From Spirochaetia bacterium (GTDB taxonomy: Bacteria > Spirochaetota > Spirochaetia > SZUA-6 > Bin103), in assembly GCA_965208575.1 (NCBI GenBank), contig CBDBOV010000006.1, positions 1,568,001 to 1,632,000 of the forward strand: DNA of 64,000 bases, written 5' to 3'. A program made the translations under genes and the position numbers. Each line of letters begins with the position of its first letter. The stretch's first letter is position 1. The notes under the pieces were generated by a model that saw only the letters and a program-made list of their open reading frames with translations, was not told where the DNA came from and ran no database searches. Shown piece by piece: positions 9,395 through 18,090 of the stretch.

Positions 9395-10687
9395 TCAGAC
9401 CCGCCTGAGAGGGTCATTTTGCCGTGGACCGCTGCCACCACGCTCCTCGCTCGGTGTTTGCACCGTGCTTGGTGCGGCCTTGGCGGTCTTGCTGACGTTC
9501 AGCTGCAGCAGATCCTCGGTCAACCTGGTCAGCTCGCGCTTGAGGGCGACCGGATTCAACGTCGCGTACTGCTGCTTGAGGCGGTTCTTCACCTTCTCGC
9601 TCACCGACTCGGAGGCCAGCATGCGGTGATACGGCGTCTGCGGGTCGTCATAGATGCGGCGCACCTTGCTGCCGGTGCGGGTTTTCTTCACCAGCTTCAC
9701 CGAGGGATAGAAGAAGTTCACCAGCAGGCACAGCGGGCGGTATATCGCGTTGAGGGCAGCCAGTTCCCGGTCGGTGTCGTAACGCAGGTGGCCGACCGCC
9801 CGTCGCACCACGTGGCCATTCTTCTGCTCGACGTAGCAGGTGTCGTTCTTGCGATGCGGGCGACCCCGAGTGAACGTGATGCCGTGCGCTTCGCAATAGC
9901 GCAGCAAATGATGATTGATGAACTCGCTGCCGTTGTCGGTGTCGATCCCCCGCATCACGATCGGCAGGCTCTGCCGGGCAGCGTCGATCGCCTCGTGGGT
10001 CCAGCGCTGCGCCTTGTTCTGCACGCCGTACAGGTCGACCCAGCCGGTGTCAACGTCGGTGATGGTGAGCGTGTGGCAGAAGTCGCCTGACGCGTTGCCG
10101 CCTTCATGGCCCACCAAGTCGATCTCGAAGAAGCCCGGCTCCTGCTCGTCCCAGTCAGCGAAGGTTCGGATCGCGATCTGATCCTTCAGGAGGGTGCCCG
10201 GCTTGGTGTGCGTGCGACCCTTCAGGCGCAGCCGTGCGCGCTCCTGCTGCAGCAGCCGGTCGATGGTCGCGGCGCTGATGGTCTGCAGCTTGCCGCGCAC
10301 CGCTGCGGTCAGCTCGATCTCGCCGAACGACTCCAGCGTCGGCAGCATGGTGCGCAGCACGACCACCAGGCGCTTGCCGCACATGCAGTCGAACACGTAC
10401 CAGATCAGCTTCAGAGCGACCAGCACCTCCTGGTCGTAGCGCCGCGGTCGCACGCGGCGCTGGGCAGGCCGCGGACGCCCGACCACCAGCTTCACCAGTG
10501 TGCCGTCGACTCGCACCATGCGGGTCCGTCCCCACCAGGTCAACAGATGGATCGCGTACTTGCGCTGGTACCCGGTCGACTCGACGAACTCGTCGAGTAT
10601 GCGCCCCTTCTCCTTCTTGCCCGCCCGACGATACCGCTGCGCGTGCTGCTCGGTGAGCTCTCGCCTTGAACTCATCTTCAACCCCAT
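9395..10687 (-). CDS. Integrase-core (rve/DDE) transposase, ISNCY-like
   Basis: RYRRAGKKEKGRILDEFV, EIDLVGHEG, GIDTDNGSEFIN, KNDTCYVEQKNG; GGAG RBS. Confidence 0.9.
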   Translation of the reverse strand: MGLKMSSRRELTEQHAQRYRRAGKKEKGRILDEFVESTGYQRKYAIHLLTWWGRTRMVRVDGTLVKLVVGRPRPAQRRVRPRRYDQEVLVALKLIWYVFDCMCGKRLVVVLRTMLPTLESFGEIELTAAVRGKLQTISAATIDRLLQQERARLRLKGRTHTKPGTLLKDQIAIRTFADWDEQEPGFFEIDLVGHEGGNASGDFCHTLTITDVDTGWVDLYGVQNKAQRWTHEAIDAARQSLPIVMRGIDTDNGSEFINHHLLRYCEAHGITFTRGRPHRKNDTCYVEQKNGHVVRRAVGHLRYDTDRELAALNAIYRPLCLLVNFFYPSVKLVKKTRTGSKVRRIYDDPQTPYHRMLASESVSEKVKNRLKQQYATLNPVALKRELTRLTEDLLQLNVSKTAKAAPSTVQTPSEERGGSGPRQNDPLRRV

Positions 10688-10750
10688 CTCCTCCGGAACC
10701 TCCTCACGTCCCTCGGAGAGGCTCCAACCGGACCCGGAAGGTCCAGCCCG

Positions 10751-10810
10751 TTCGGTTAGATTTTTAGATGAGGCATGCTTTCGCTACGGTTAGATTTTCG
10801 ATGAGTCAAT
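10751..10810. repeat. Right terminal inverted repeat
   Basis: GGTTAGATTTT..GATGAG.CA occurs twice and is the inverse of 7023-7083. Confidence 0.8.
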
Positions 10811-10865
10811 GCGGCCACTGGACTCCAAGAGCAAAGGGCGGTACGCTCAGTCCGCAACCGAGTTC

Positions 10866-11711
10866 ATGGCGAGAACAGTCAGTCTCATAAACATGAAGGG
10901 TGGCGTTGGCAAGACGACCATCGCGGCGCAGTTGGCACGCTCGGCGCGGAACGACGGGTATCGGGTCTTGGCAGTTGATCTGGATCCGCAGTCGAACCTG
11001 AGCCAAGCCCTGATGGGCCCCCAGCGCTACGTTCGTCATCTCAGGAACGAACGTCCGACAGTTGCACAGGTGTTCGACGACTACGTACCTTCGCAGCGTA
11101 CATCGGGCGCACCGCGCCCGCTAGATATCCGCGACGTGATAGTCCATCTGAGTCACAAAGAGCAGAGTCCCTTGGATCTGATCCCATCACGTCTAGAACT
11201 GAGTAGAACTCTCAAGAATCCTACTGGCAAGGAGCGCCGGCTTGCATAGTGCATCGCACAGGTGAGCGAACAGTATGATTTGATACTCATCGATTGCGCT
11301 CCGACCGAGTCTATCTTGACGGACGCCGCCTACTTCTCGACCCGGTACGTAGTTGTACCCACCAAGCCCGAGTTTGTGGCCACTATTGGCTTGCCGTTGT
11401 TGGCTAGATCTGTACAAGAGTTCGGAACGGAAAACGAAGATCACAAGATCGAAATCGCTGGTCTTTGCTTCGTCGAGTCTTCCTACTACAGCACCGGACC
11501 CGAAGCGACAACCTCAAAAGAAGACGTGACCAGCATCGCCGCTCAATATGGCTGGCATGTGTTCGAAACGGAACTCCGCCACTCCGCATCCTATCCGCGC
11601 GCTTCACGCGAAGCTACCTCGCTCTGGGGTACTCCCCATGTCCGATGGGAGGTTTGCCAGGAGTTTGATCGGTTTAAGGACGAAGTGTTTCGCGCGGTTG
11701 GTCTTGCATGA
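10866..11711 (+). pseudogene. ParA/MinD-family ATPase interrupted by one in-frame TAG (11247-11249)
   Basis: KGGVGKTT and VDLDPQSNLS precede the stop. YDLILIDCAP follows it in the same frame. Confidence 0.8.
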
Positions 11712-12289
11712 GAGCTGCTCGGGGCTCGGTCAACGCTCTTCTCGATCTTGAGTTGCGTGTTCTGGTTGCACGGCACGGACACAAGAGAGTTAGTGAAACT
11801 CTGTCACGCATCGGAGAGGTGGATCCGTCGGCGCTCGTATCGGTTGCTGCTGCGCTTGACGCTACTGAAAACAAGAAGCCGGCGAGCCGGAAGAGCCCCC
11901 GAGCTGTCAAGTCCGTTGACGAACTGATCTGCGACCTGGATCCGGTCGCCCCCGCCGTTCGAGAGCTACTCGGGAAACTCGGACATGCTTACGAAGCCAA
12001 GACATTCCTCCCGGCTCTGCGACTGGTGAGGAGCTTTCTGGAGAGTAGGGGTGAGGTTGGGTCGCGGCTTCGATCCCGGCGTGATGCACTGCCCGCGGTC
12101 TTGAGGGCCCTGTCGCGGCTGCCTATGGAGGAGCTCCGGTTGATTGACATCGAGCGCCTCGACACGAGAAGTGATCTTGGAATCATAGCCGACCAGATTC
12201 TTGGCCCCCCTGTGGGGAAACCGACGAATACCGCGACCGCGACCGCGGGTGCCGGTGCGCGGACAAGTAACGAAGCAACGGAGAGTTAG
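11708..12289 (+). CDS. Hypothetical protein translationally coupled to the parA-like gene
   Basis: ATGA overlap with the parA stop; 193-aa helical-looking ORF. Confidence 0.65.
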   Translation: MRAARGSVNALLDLELRVLVARHGHKRVSETLSRIGEVDPSALVSVAAALDATENKKPASRKSPRAVKSVDELICDLDPVAPAVRELLGKLGHAYEAKTFLPALRLVRSFLESRGEVGSRLRSRRDALPAVLRALSRLPMEELRLIDIERLDTRSDLGIIADQILGPPVGKPTNTATATAGAGARTSNEATES

Positions 12290-12365
12290 ACCCCGACAGG
12301 CGGGACCATCGAGACTGTCCTGAGTCGTTGCCTAAGGTGTGGCTTGTAGGCGACTCTAATGGGGG

Positions 12366-13403
12366 ATGTCCGTACCCACTACCGAATCGCCGCTGGTGCG
12401 GCGGTTGCTGGCCAGGATCGAACGGGCCGTGACCACGCCGCTGCCGCCGGCCGGCCTGGCGCTGGACGGCGCTGCCGCTCTGGCAGCGGAGATCGAAGCG
12501 CCCGGCCGTGACCTGCTCGCGCTGGGCGGCAAGCGCTGGCGGCCGCTGCTGCTGGCGCTGAGTTGCCGGATGTGCGGCGGGCGGGAGGATGCGGCCGTTG
12601 CGCTGGCGCCGGTGGTGGAGCTGGCGCACAACGGCAGCCTGATCATCGACGACATCGAGGACGGCGCCGACCTGCGCCGCGGCGCCCCGGCCGCGCACCT
12701 GCGCCACGGCCTGGACCTGGCGATCAACGCCGGCAACCTGCTGTACTTTCTGCCGTCCGGCTACCTGGCGGCGGCCGGGCTCGATACCGCCGTCGAGCTG
12801 CAGGTGCACCGGCTGTACGGGAAGGCGATGCTGCGCCTGCATTACGGGCAGGGGCTGGACATCCTCTGGCACCGGCAGCCGGACCGCATACCGGCGATAC
12901 ACGAGTACTTCGCCATGTGCCGGGCCAAGTCGGGGTCGCTGGCCGGCCTGGCGACCGCGCTCGGGGCGGCCGCGGCGCGCGCGCCGTCCGCGGTCACAGT
13001 CCTGCTCGGCGAGGCGGGCGAAGAGTTCGGCGTGTGCTTCCAGATCGTCGACGACGTGCGCAACCTCACCACCGGCAACCCCGGCAAGCGCCGCGGCGAC
13101 GACCTGGTGGAGGGCAAGAAGAGCCTGCCGGTCATCCTGTACTGCAACCGCGACGACGCCGCCCGGCGGCGCATGGTGGCGCTGCTCGCGGCCTGCTCGG
13201 CGGCGGACTCGGTGGAGGCATCCGGCGGCGCCGTGGAGGAGGCCATTGCCCTGATGGAAGGCGCCGGTGTGATCGCGGAGGCGCACGGCATAGCGCGGCA
13301 GCAGTATAGGGAGGTGGTAACAAGACTGGAGACGCACTCTGGGCTCGCCACCGGCGACGGCTGGGCGGCTCTGCGCGACCTCACGAGCGCGCTCATCGGC
13401 TGA
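12366..13403 (+). CDS. Polyprenyl diphosphate synthase
   Basis: GGKRWRP, first aspartate-rich motif IIDDIEDGADLRRG, second motif FQIVDD, GDDLVEGKKSLP. Confidence 0.92.
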   Translation: MSVPTTESPLVRRLLARIERAVTTPLPPAGLALDGAAALAAEIEAPGRDLLALGGKRWRPLLLALSCRMCGGREDAAVALAPVVELAHNGSLIIDDIEDGADLRRGAPAAHLRHGLDLAINAGNLLYFLPSGYLAAAGLDTAVELQVHRLYGKAMLRLHYGQGLDILWHRQPDRIPAIHEYFAMCRAKSGSLAGLATALGAAAARAPSAVTVLLGEAGEEFGVCFQIVDDVRNLTTGNPGKRRGDDLVEGKKSLPVILYCNRDDAARRRMVALLAACSAADSVEASGGAVEEAIALMEGAGVIAEAHGIARQQYREVVTRLETHSGLATGDGWAALRDLTSALIG

Positions 13404-14596
13404 CCGGCAGCCCGTCCCTGCCGGAATTGGCGTGCCGGTCGCCGAGCCTCTTCGTTTCCACGTAAGCAGGTCAGCTCCAGCCCTCGTCTGTGTGCGTCAT
13501 CTCTACTGGCTGACTGCGAGTGACCTCGTGTTCCACCAAGTGCGCTTCGACGACTGCTCCAGAACGGAGCATTGGGCCAGCGAGCAACGCGACGGTAAAC
13601 ATCCAAGCGCTCTTTGAGGTACTTGTCACGTGTTCTTGCGAGTGAAGCAGCGTAGATATCGAGCGCACGGGTGTCGCCCACCAAGTACGCGCATATGGTC
13701 TCCGCGGCGTGGATTCCTCCTTCCAGCGCAGTTTCGATACCAGCAGAGGAAAGCGGATCGCGTGCCAACGCCGAATCCCCGACGCATAGGAATCCCCGTC
13801 GCTTCGCGTTATCGAGAGCCTGGCTCTTCGCATCCACGACATGGCGAGAGACCTGAGTGCCGGCCCGCTTGATGCGGGCTTGAGTGTGTGGGCACGAAGC
13901 GATTCTAGACGACCGACTTCGCGATCTGAGCAAAGGCGCGTCCGTCATGAATGCCGTGATGAGTCTGTGGTCTCGTAAGACGACAGAGTACCACCATCCA
14001 TCCTCATGTGCCTCAACGAGCACGGATTGGTCGACGATGTCCGATCCTGGCGCGAATTGTGTAACCTCGGCAACCAATCGGTCGTATTTCACGAGTTCGA
14101 GCCCCAGCATACGTGCCGCCGACGCGCGTCGCCCGCTTGCGTCGACCAGCGCACTGGCGTGGTACTGGTTGTCATTCAAGTCGAGCCGCCATCCGCCACC
14201 AACCCTCGTGACTCGTGTGCAGGGTTTTCCGGTCGTCACAACAGCTCCGCGCTCTCGTGCTACCGAAAGCATGAGGCGGTCGAACGAGGGGCGCGAGACA
14301 TTCCACCCGTGTCGGTGAGGATGAAACAGATAATCGCGCCATGAGAGTTGAGGTTCTTCCCACGCGCAAGCGACTCCTGGGCACTCCTGGTGTCCGTCGC
14401 GGTACATCGTGTCCAGCAGGTCCAGCCTCGCCAGCGCAGCCGTGGCACCGGGAGAGATGTGCTCGCCCGGGCGCGGCTGCTCATAGTCACTGCGCTCAAT
14501 GACCAGGACCGATGCACCCGTCCTGGATGCTTCAATTGCGGTGGCAAGACCGGCCGGACCTCCTCCCACGATCGCTATATCGAAAAGGCGACTCAC
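12842..14596 (-). CDS. LodB/GoxB-like FAD-dependent oxidoreductase. The family-like portion ends near 13545 but the frame runs on to 12842.
   Basis: IAIVGGGPAG, DASGRRA, GWWYS, VGDSALARDPLSSAGI, RWPNAPFW. Coupled to the lodA-like gene by a 4-nt overlap. Confidence 0.8.
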   Translation of the reverse strand: MSRLFDIAIVGGGPAGLATAIEASRTGASVLVIERSDYEQPRPGEHISPGATAALARLDLLDTMYRDGHQECPGVACAWEEPQLSWRDYLFHPHRHGWNVSRPSFDRLMLSVARERGAVVTTGKPCTRVTRVGGGWRLDLNDNQYHASALVDASGRRASAARMLGLELVKYDRLVAEVTQFAPGSDIVDQSVLVEAHEDGWWYSVVLRDHRLITAFMTDAPLLRSRSRSSRIASCPHTQARIKRAGTQVSRHVVDAKSQALDNAKRRGFLCVGDSALARDPLSSAGIETALEGGIHAAETICAYLVGDTRALDIYAASLARTRDKYLKERLDVYRRVARWPNAPFWSSRRSALGGTRGHSQSASRDDAHRRGLELTCLRGNEEARRPARQFRQGRAAGQPMSALVRSRRAAQPSPVASPECVSSLVTTSLYCCRAMPCASAITPAPSIRAMASSTAPPDASTESAAEQAASSATMRRRAASSRLQYRMTGRLFLPSTRSSPRRLPGLPVVRLRTSSTIWKHTPNSSPASPSRTVTADGARAAAAPSAVARPASDPDLARHMAKYSCIAGMRSGCRCQRMSSPCP

Positions 14597-16089
14597 TCGG
14601 GTTCCAACTGCATGTACTCGTCGCCAACGCGGACGATGAAGCCGAGTTCGCGCCAGCGATTCACCATCGCGTGATTACTGTTCCAGGTGACCCAGTAATG
14701 AGTCATCCGCTGCCCATTTACGAGGCGCCGCACTTCGTTCGGGCGTTGCGAGGGCCACCAGCCTGTTCCGCACGCTTGGAAATCTGCCTGCCAGGGGAGT
14801 GCATTACCAATGGTCAGGTGTCCGACGGGTATCGCGTCCTTGACACGAAACGGAGTATCGAAGGTCACCGGATCAGTAAGCACATTCCAGGTTTCGATTC
14901 CCGGATACCATGGCCCACCAGTCGCTCCTTCGAGTGCTGCCCTGTCGAGGGCAGCAGGCTGCTCCGCGACTGGAAGGGTATCCACCGGCCCTGACGTCGA
15001 CGGAATGCCGGTCGTAAACCGCCCGAGGCTCCACTGTCGCATCAGCTCGTACATGTGGGGTGTCACCGAGAATCCGTCATTCAGTTTCGGCATGTCCCGT
15101 TGACTCGGGCGCAGGTTCGGGTCTTCGCGGTAGATCGTCGGTGGTGCGGAGTTGTTGGGCGTCCGCATTCGCAAAAAGACGGTCCGTCTCCGCTGGTATG
15201 CGTTGGACGTGGGACTGGAATCATTGTCGGAGAGGACCATGATGTGGTTTTGGTCTGTGAATTGACCGGGCCGCGTCGTACCGTGCCCATACTGGGCGAT
15301 CGCGCTAACCCAAGAGAGACCGACCGTCCTGCGCAACAGCGGCAGGATGTCATCATGAAAAGTAGGCAGCCGTTCGGGCGGCCAGAGTGAATTATCAAGT
15401 TCTATGGCAGCCTGGAATACGGCATCATAGAGCGTAACTACGTTTTCGATTCCGGGAGCGAACCCCGGTGGACCACACAGAACCCGTGCATTCATCGTCG
15501 TCTGAATCGGAGTGCCGCCGTCGAAGGTGACCGTCGCCGACACCACGCCATCGGACGTGTCGTCATACCAGCCGTCGTTGTTGGCAAAATGCAGGTCTGT
15601 ACCACTCCTTGGCACCGGGCCATCGGATTGTCCGTATCCACCGAGGACAGTAAGTCGTCCATCGTCATCTGCAATCGCAGCTCCCAATACGACTTTCTTG
15701 TTCCGAAGACGGAACTCGCCTTCGAGAACGCGCCGACCTGCCGGTGAGACATCCTGCGTTCGAGAGTCGATAATCAGGTCTCGAACCGGCACGCCGACGT
15801 TGCGCGGTAGGGCCGGTCCATGCGCCTTACGGAGTGCCGCCTTGTGATTTGCAAGCTGCACGTGCCACTTAATCTGAGCGTCGGACGCCGTAATCTCGCG
15901 GATTGGAGATCCATGCTCGTACTCGTATATTCGAAACCGTTGCCCCTGCTTCTTGATGCGGCCTGTCTGGTCCCGGTAGCTATTCCCCTCGTTGGCAATC
16001 TCTCCGGGAGTCTCCGGTGTGAGGTAGTATTCGTCACTTTCACCCACGCGGGCCAGACCGATTGCCGGGTGGATCCAGTATCCCTTCAC
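14593..16089 (-). CDS. LodA/GoxA-family cysteine tryptophylquinone (CTQ) oxidase
   Basis: IHPAIGLARVG, RIKKQGQRFRIY, NNDGWYDDTSDG, PWQADFQAC, WWPSQRP. GGAGG RBS before the GTG at 16089. Confidence 0.88.
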   Translation of the reverse strand: MKGYWIHPAIGLARVGESDEYYLTPETPGEIANEGNSYRDQTGRIKKQGQRFRIYEYEHGSPIREITASDAQIKWHVQLANHKAALRKAHGPALPRNVGVPVRDLIIDSRTQDVSPAGRRVLEGEFRLRNKKVVLGAAIADDDGRLTVLGGYGQSDGPVPRSGTDLHFANNDGWYDDTSDGVVSATVTFDGGTPIQTTMNARVLCGPPGFAPGIENVVTLYDAVFQAAIELDNSLWPPERLPTFHDDILPLLRRTVGLSWVSAIAQYGHGTTRPGQFTDQNHIMVLSDNDSSPTSNAYQRRRTVFLRMRTPNNSAPPTIYREDPNLRPSQRDMPKLNDGFSVTPHMYELMRQWSLGRFTTGIPSTSGPVDTLPVAEQPAALDRAALEGATGGPWYPGIETWNVLTDPVTFDTPFRVKDAIPVGHLTIGNALPWQADFQACGTGWWPSQRPNEVRRLVNGQRMTHYWVTWNSNHAMVNRWRELGFIVRVGDEYMQLEPE

Positions 16090-16107
16090 TCTGAGATCCT
16101 CCGATTC

Positions 16108-16152
16108 GATCAGGATAGCACAAGTGTGCTTTGCTCGAATACGGTTGAGCAA
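16108..16152. promoter_or_regulatory. Two adjacent palindromes between divergent lodA-like and desaturase genes (possible operators)
   Basis: AGCACA-AG-TGTGCT and TTGCTC-N10-GAGCAA. Confidence 0.3.
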
Positions 16153-16268
16153 GCGCGCCTTCGCGCCGCGGCGTCTGCTGTGTCTGCGCCCGACGCTTGC
16201 CGGCAGCGGCGGCCGCCGCCATACTGGCGCGTACCCGGCGCTACCGCGCCCCACTGGACATCACCCGC

Positions 16269-17372
16269 ATGGCTACCGCAGTCGCGCCGGCGCCGCCGGC
16301 TCCGAGCGCTCCCCTGGAGCATGACTGGACCGCCAACCGGCAGATTCGCTGGTACCGGTCGCCGATTCCGATGGCGCAGCTCCGCGCCCTGTCGCACCGC
16401 CGCAACCTGCGCCCGCTGCTGCACGTCCTCGGGTTCATCGCGCTGCTGACCGCCACCGGCACCGCGGTGGTGCTCACCCACCGCCACCTGAGCTGGCCGT
16501 GGTTGATCCCGGCGCTGTTCCTGCACGGCACGGTGTTCCGCACCCTGCAGCATTCGCGCCACGAGCTGTCGCACCGCACCGTGTTCCGCTCGCGGCTCCT
16601 TAACGAACTGTTCCTGCGGCTGTTCTCGTTCCTGCAGTGGTCGAGCCCGGATTTCTTCCGCGCCAGCCACGTGCGCCATCACCAGTACACGGTGCACGAC
16701 GAGCTCGACCGCGAGGTGCAGCTCCCGCGTCCGTTCCGGCCACTGCAGTGGCTGTTCCGTTTCGTCGCCGCGGTGCCTAACTGCGTGGCCGAGATCAGGC
16801 TCCTGGTGCGCTGGAGCTTCGGGCGTCTTGCCGGCGATGGACGGCCGGGCGACGGCGGCGGCGTGACCTGGGAACAGCACTGCTTCGCCGACCGGCCGGT
16901 GGGCCAGGGTGATGCGGCCAAGCGCCGCGCGCTGTTCGGGTGGGCGCGCATCGTGCTGCTCGGCCACCTGGCCCTGGCGGTGGCGTTCATCGCCTCAGGT
17001 GCCTGGATCATGCTGCTGGTGGTGACCTTCGCCCGCTATCTGGCGCCGTGGCTGAGCTATCTGTTCGTGGAGACGCAGCATGCCGGCCTGCCGGCGAACA
17101 CCCCCGACCACCGCGTGTGCTGCCGCACCGTGCTGCTCGGGCCGGTGACGCGCTTCCTGTACTGGCACATGAACTTCCACATCGAGCACCACATGTTTCC
17201 GAGCGTGCCGTTCTACAACCTGCGCCGGCTGCGCGCGGCGATCGCCGCCGACCTGCCGCCGGCGCCGCGCGGCCTGGTGCGCGCCTGGGCGCAGATGCTG
17301 CCCGTGCTGTGGCGCCAGCGCCGCGACGCCGGCTGCGCAATGATTCCCCCGCTGCCGGCACACCCCTCCTGA
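16269..17372 (+). CDS. Fatty acid desaturase family membrane di-iron protein
   Basis: Three histidine boxes: HELSH, HVRHH, HIEHH. Confidence 0.88.
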   Translation: MATAVAPAPPAPSAPLEHDWTANRQIRWYRSPIPMAQLRALSHRRNLRPLLHVLGFIALLTATGTAVVLTHRHLSWPWLIPALFLHGTVFRTLQHSRHELSHRTVFRSRLLNELFLRLFSFLQWSSPDFFRASHVRHHQYTVHDELDREVQLPRPFRPLQWLFRFVAAVPNCVAEIRLLVRWSFGRLAGDGRPGDGGGVTWEQHCFADRPVGQGDAAKRRALFGWARIVLLGHLALAVAFIASGAWIMLLVVTFARYLAPWLSYLFVETQHAGLPANTPDHRVCCRTVLLGPVTRFLYWHMNFHIEHHMFPSVPFYNLRRLRAAIAADLPPAPRGLVRAWAQMLPVLWRQRRDAGCAMIPPLPAHPS

Positions 17373-17469
17373 CGGCCGCCGGCCGGCCGCCGCCTGGGCC
17401 GGGCCGGCGGGGCCCGCAGGGCGCCGGCAGGTTTGCCTCCGCCTCGCGTGGCCGGGTACTCTTTGCGTG

Positions 17470-18090
17470 ATGGCCTACCGGCGCCGCCAGTTGCTCTCCT
17501 ACCGCTACTACAACGCCACCGTGGCGCTGATCATCGCCAACGTGGCGGTGTTCCTGCTGCAGTTCGCCAGCCGCGGCCTGGTGCGCGAGTTGGCCCTTAT
17601 TCCCCCGGAGGTGGTCAGCGGGCGCTGGTGGACGCTGGTCACCTACATGTTCGTCCACTCCACCGGCTCGCTGTACCACATCATCTTCAACATGCTCGGG
17701 CTGATGTGGTTCGGCATGCCGGTCGAGCGCGAGATCGGCAGCGACGAGTTCCTGGCCCTGTACCTGAGCACCGGCGTGGCGGCCGGGCTGTTCGCGATGG
17801 TGCTGTCGATCCAGGTGCCGGTGGCGATCATCGGCGCATCCGGAGCGCTGTTCGCGGTCATGCTCACCTTCGCCACCCTGTTTCCGGAAGCGGTGATCTA
17901 CGCCTGGTTCGTACCGCTGCGGGCGCCGGTGGCGGTGCTGATCTTTGCCGGCATCGCGGTGATCGGCACCATGACCGGCTTCGCGCCCGGTGTCTCCCAC
18001 CTGACCCACCTCGGGGGCCTGGTGGCCGGCTTCCTGTACGTCTGGCTGCGCATCGGACGCAACCCGCTGGACGCGTTCTTCCGGCGTTGA
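17470..18090 (+). CDS. Rhomboid intramembrane serine protease
   Basis: WTLVTYMFVH, HIIFNM, GASG, HLGG. Confidence 0.92.
   Translation: MAYRRRQLLSYRYYNATVALIIANVAVFLLQFASRGLVRELALIPPEVVSGRWWTLVTYMFVHSTGSLYHIIFNMLGLMWFGMPVEREIGSDEFLALYLSTGVAAGLFAMVLSIQVPVAIIGASGALFAVMLTFATLFPEAVIYAWFVPLRAPVAVLIFAGIAVIGTMTGFAPGVSHLTHLGGLVAGFLYVWLRIGRNPLDAFFRR

Larger units (their letters stand above)
7023..10810. mobile_element. Composite IS-type element bounded by ~60-bp terminal inverted repeats
   Basis: The reverse complement of 7023-7083 (TTCGGTTAGATTCTTACGTGAGGCA...GGTTAGATTTTTACGTGAGGCAAT) matches 10751-10810 (TTCGGTTAGATTTTTAGATGAGGCA...GGTTAGATTTTCGATGAGTCAAT). Each end carries two tandem sub-repeats. 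Two transposase-like ORFs lie inside. Confidence 0.75.

Noticed and set aside
11247-11249. Pyrrolysine or programmed read-through of the parA TAG
   Set aside because: There are no pyl genes in the window, and TAG serves as a normal stop in many genes here. A nonsense mutation or error is simpler.
12366-17372. Prenyl synthase, flavoprotein, oxidase and desaturase as one biosynthetic cluster
   Set aside because: The lod-like pair is on the opposite strand and differs in composition, so it looks like an insertion between unrelated host genes.
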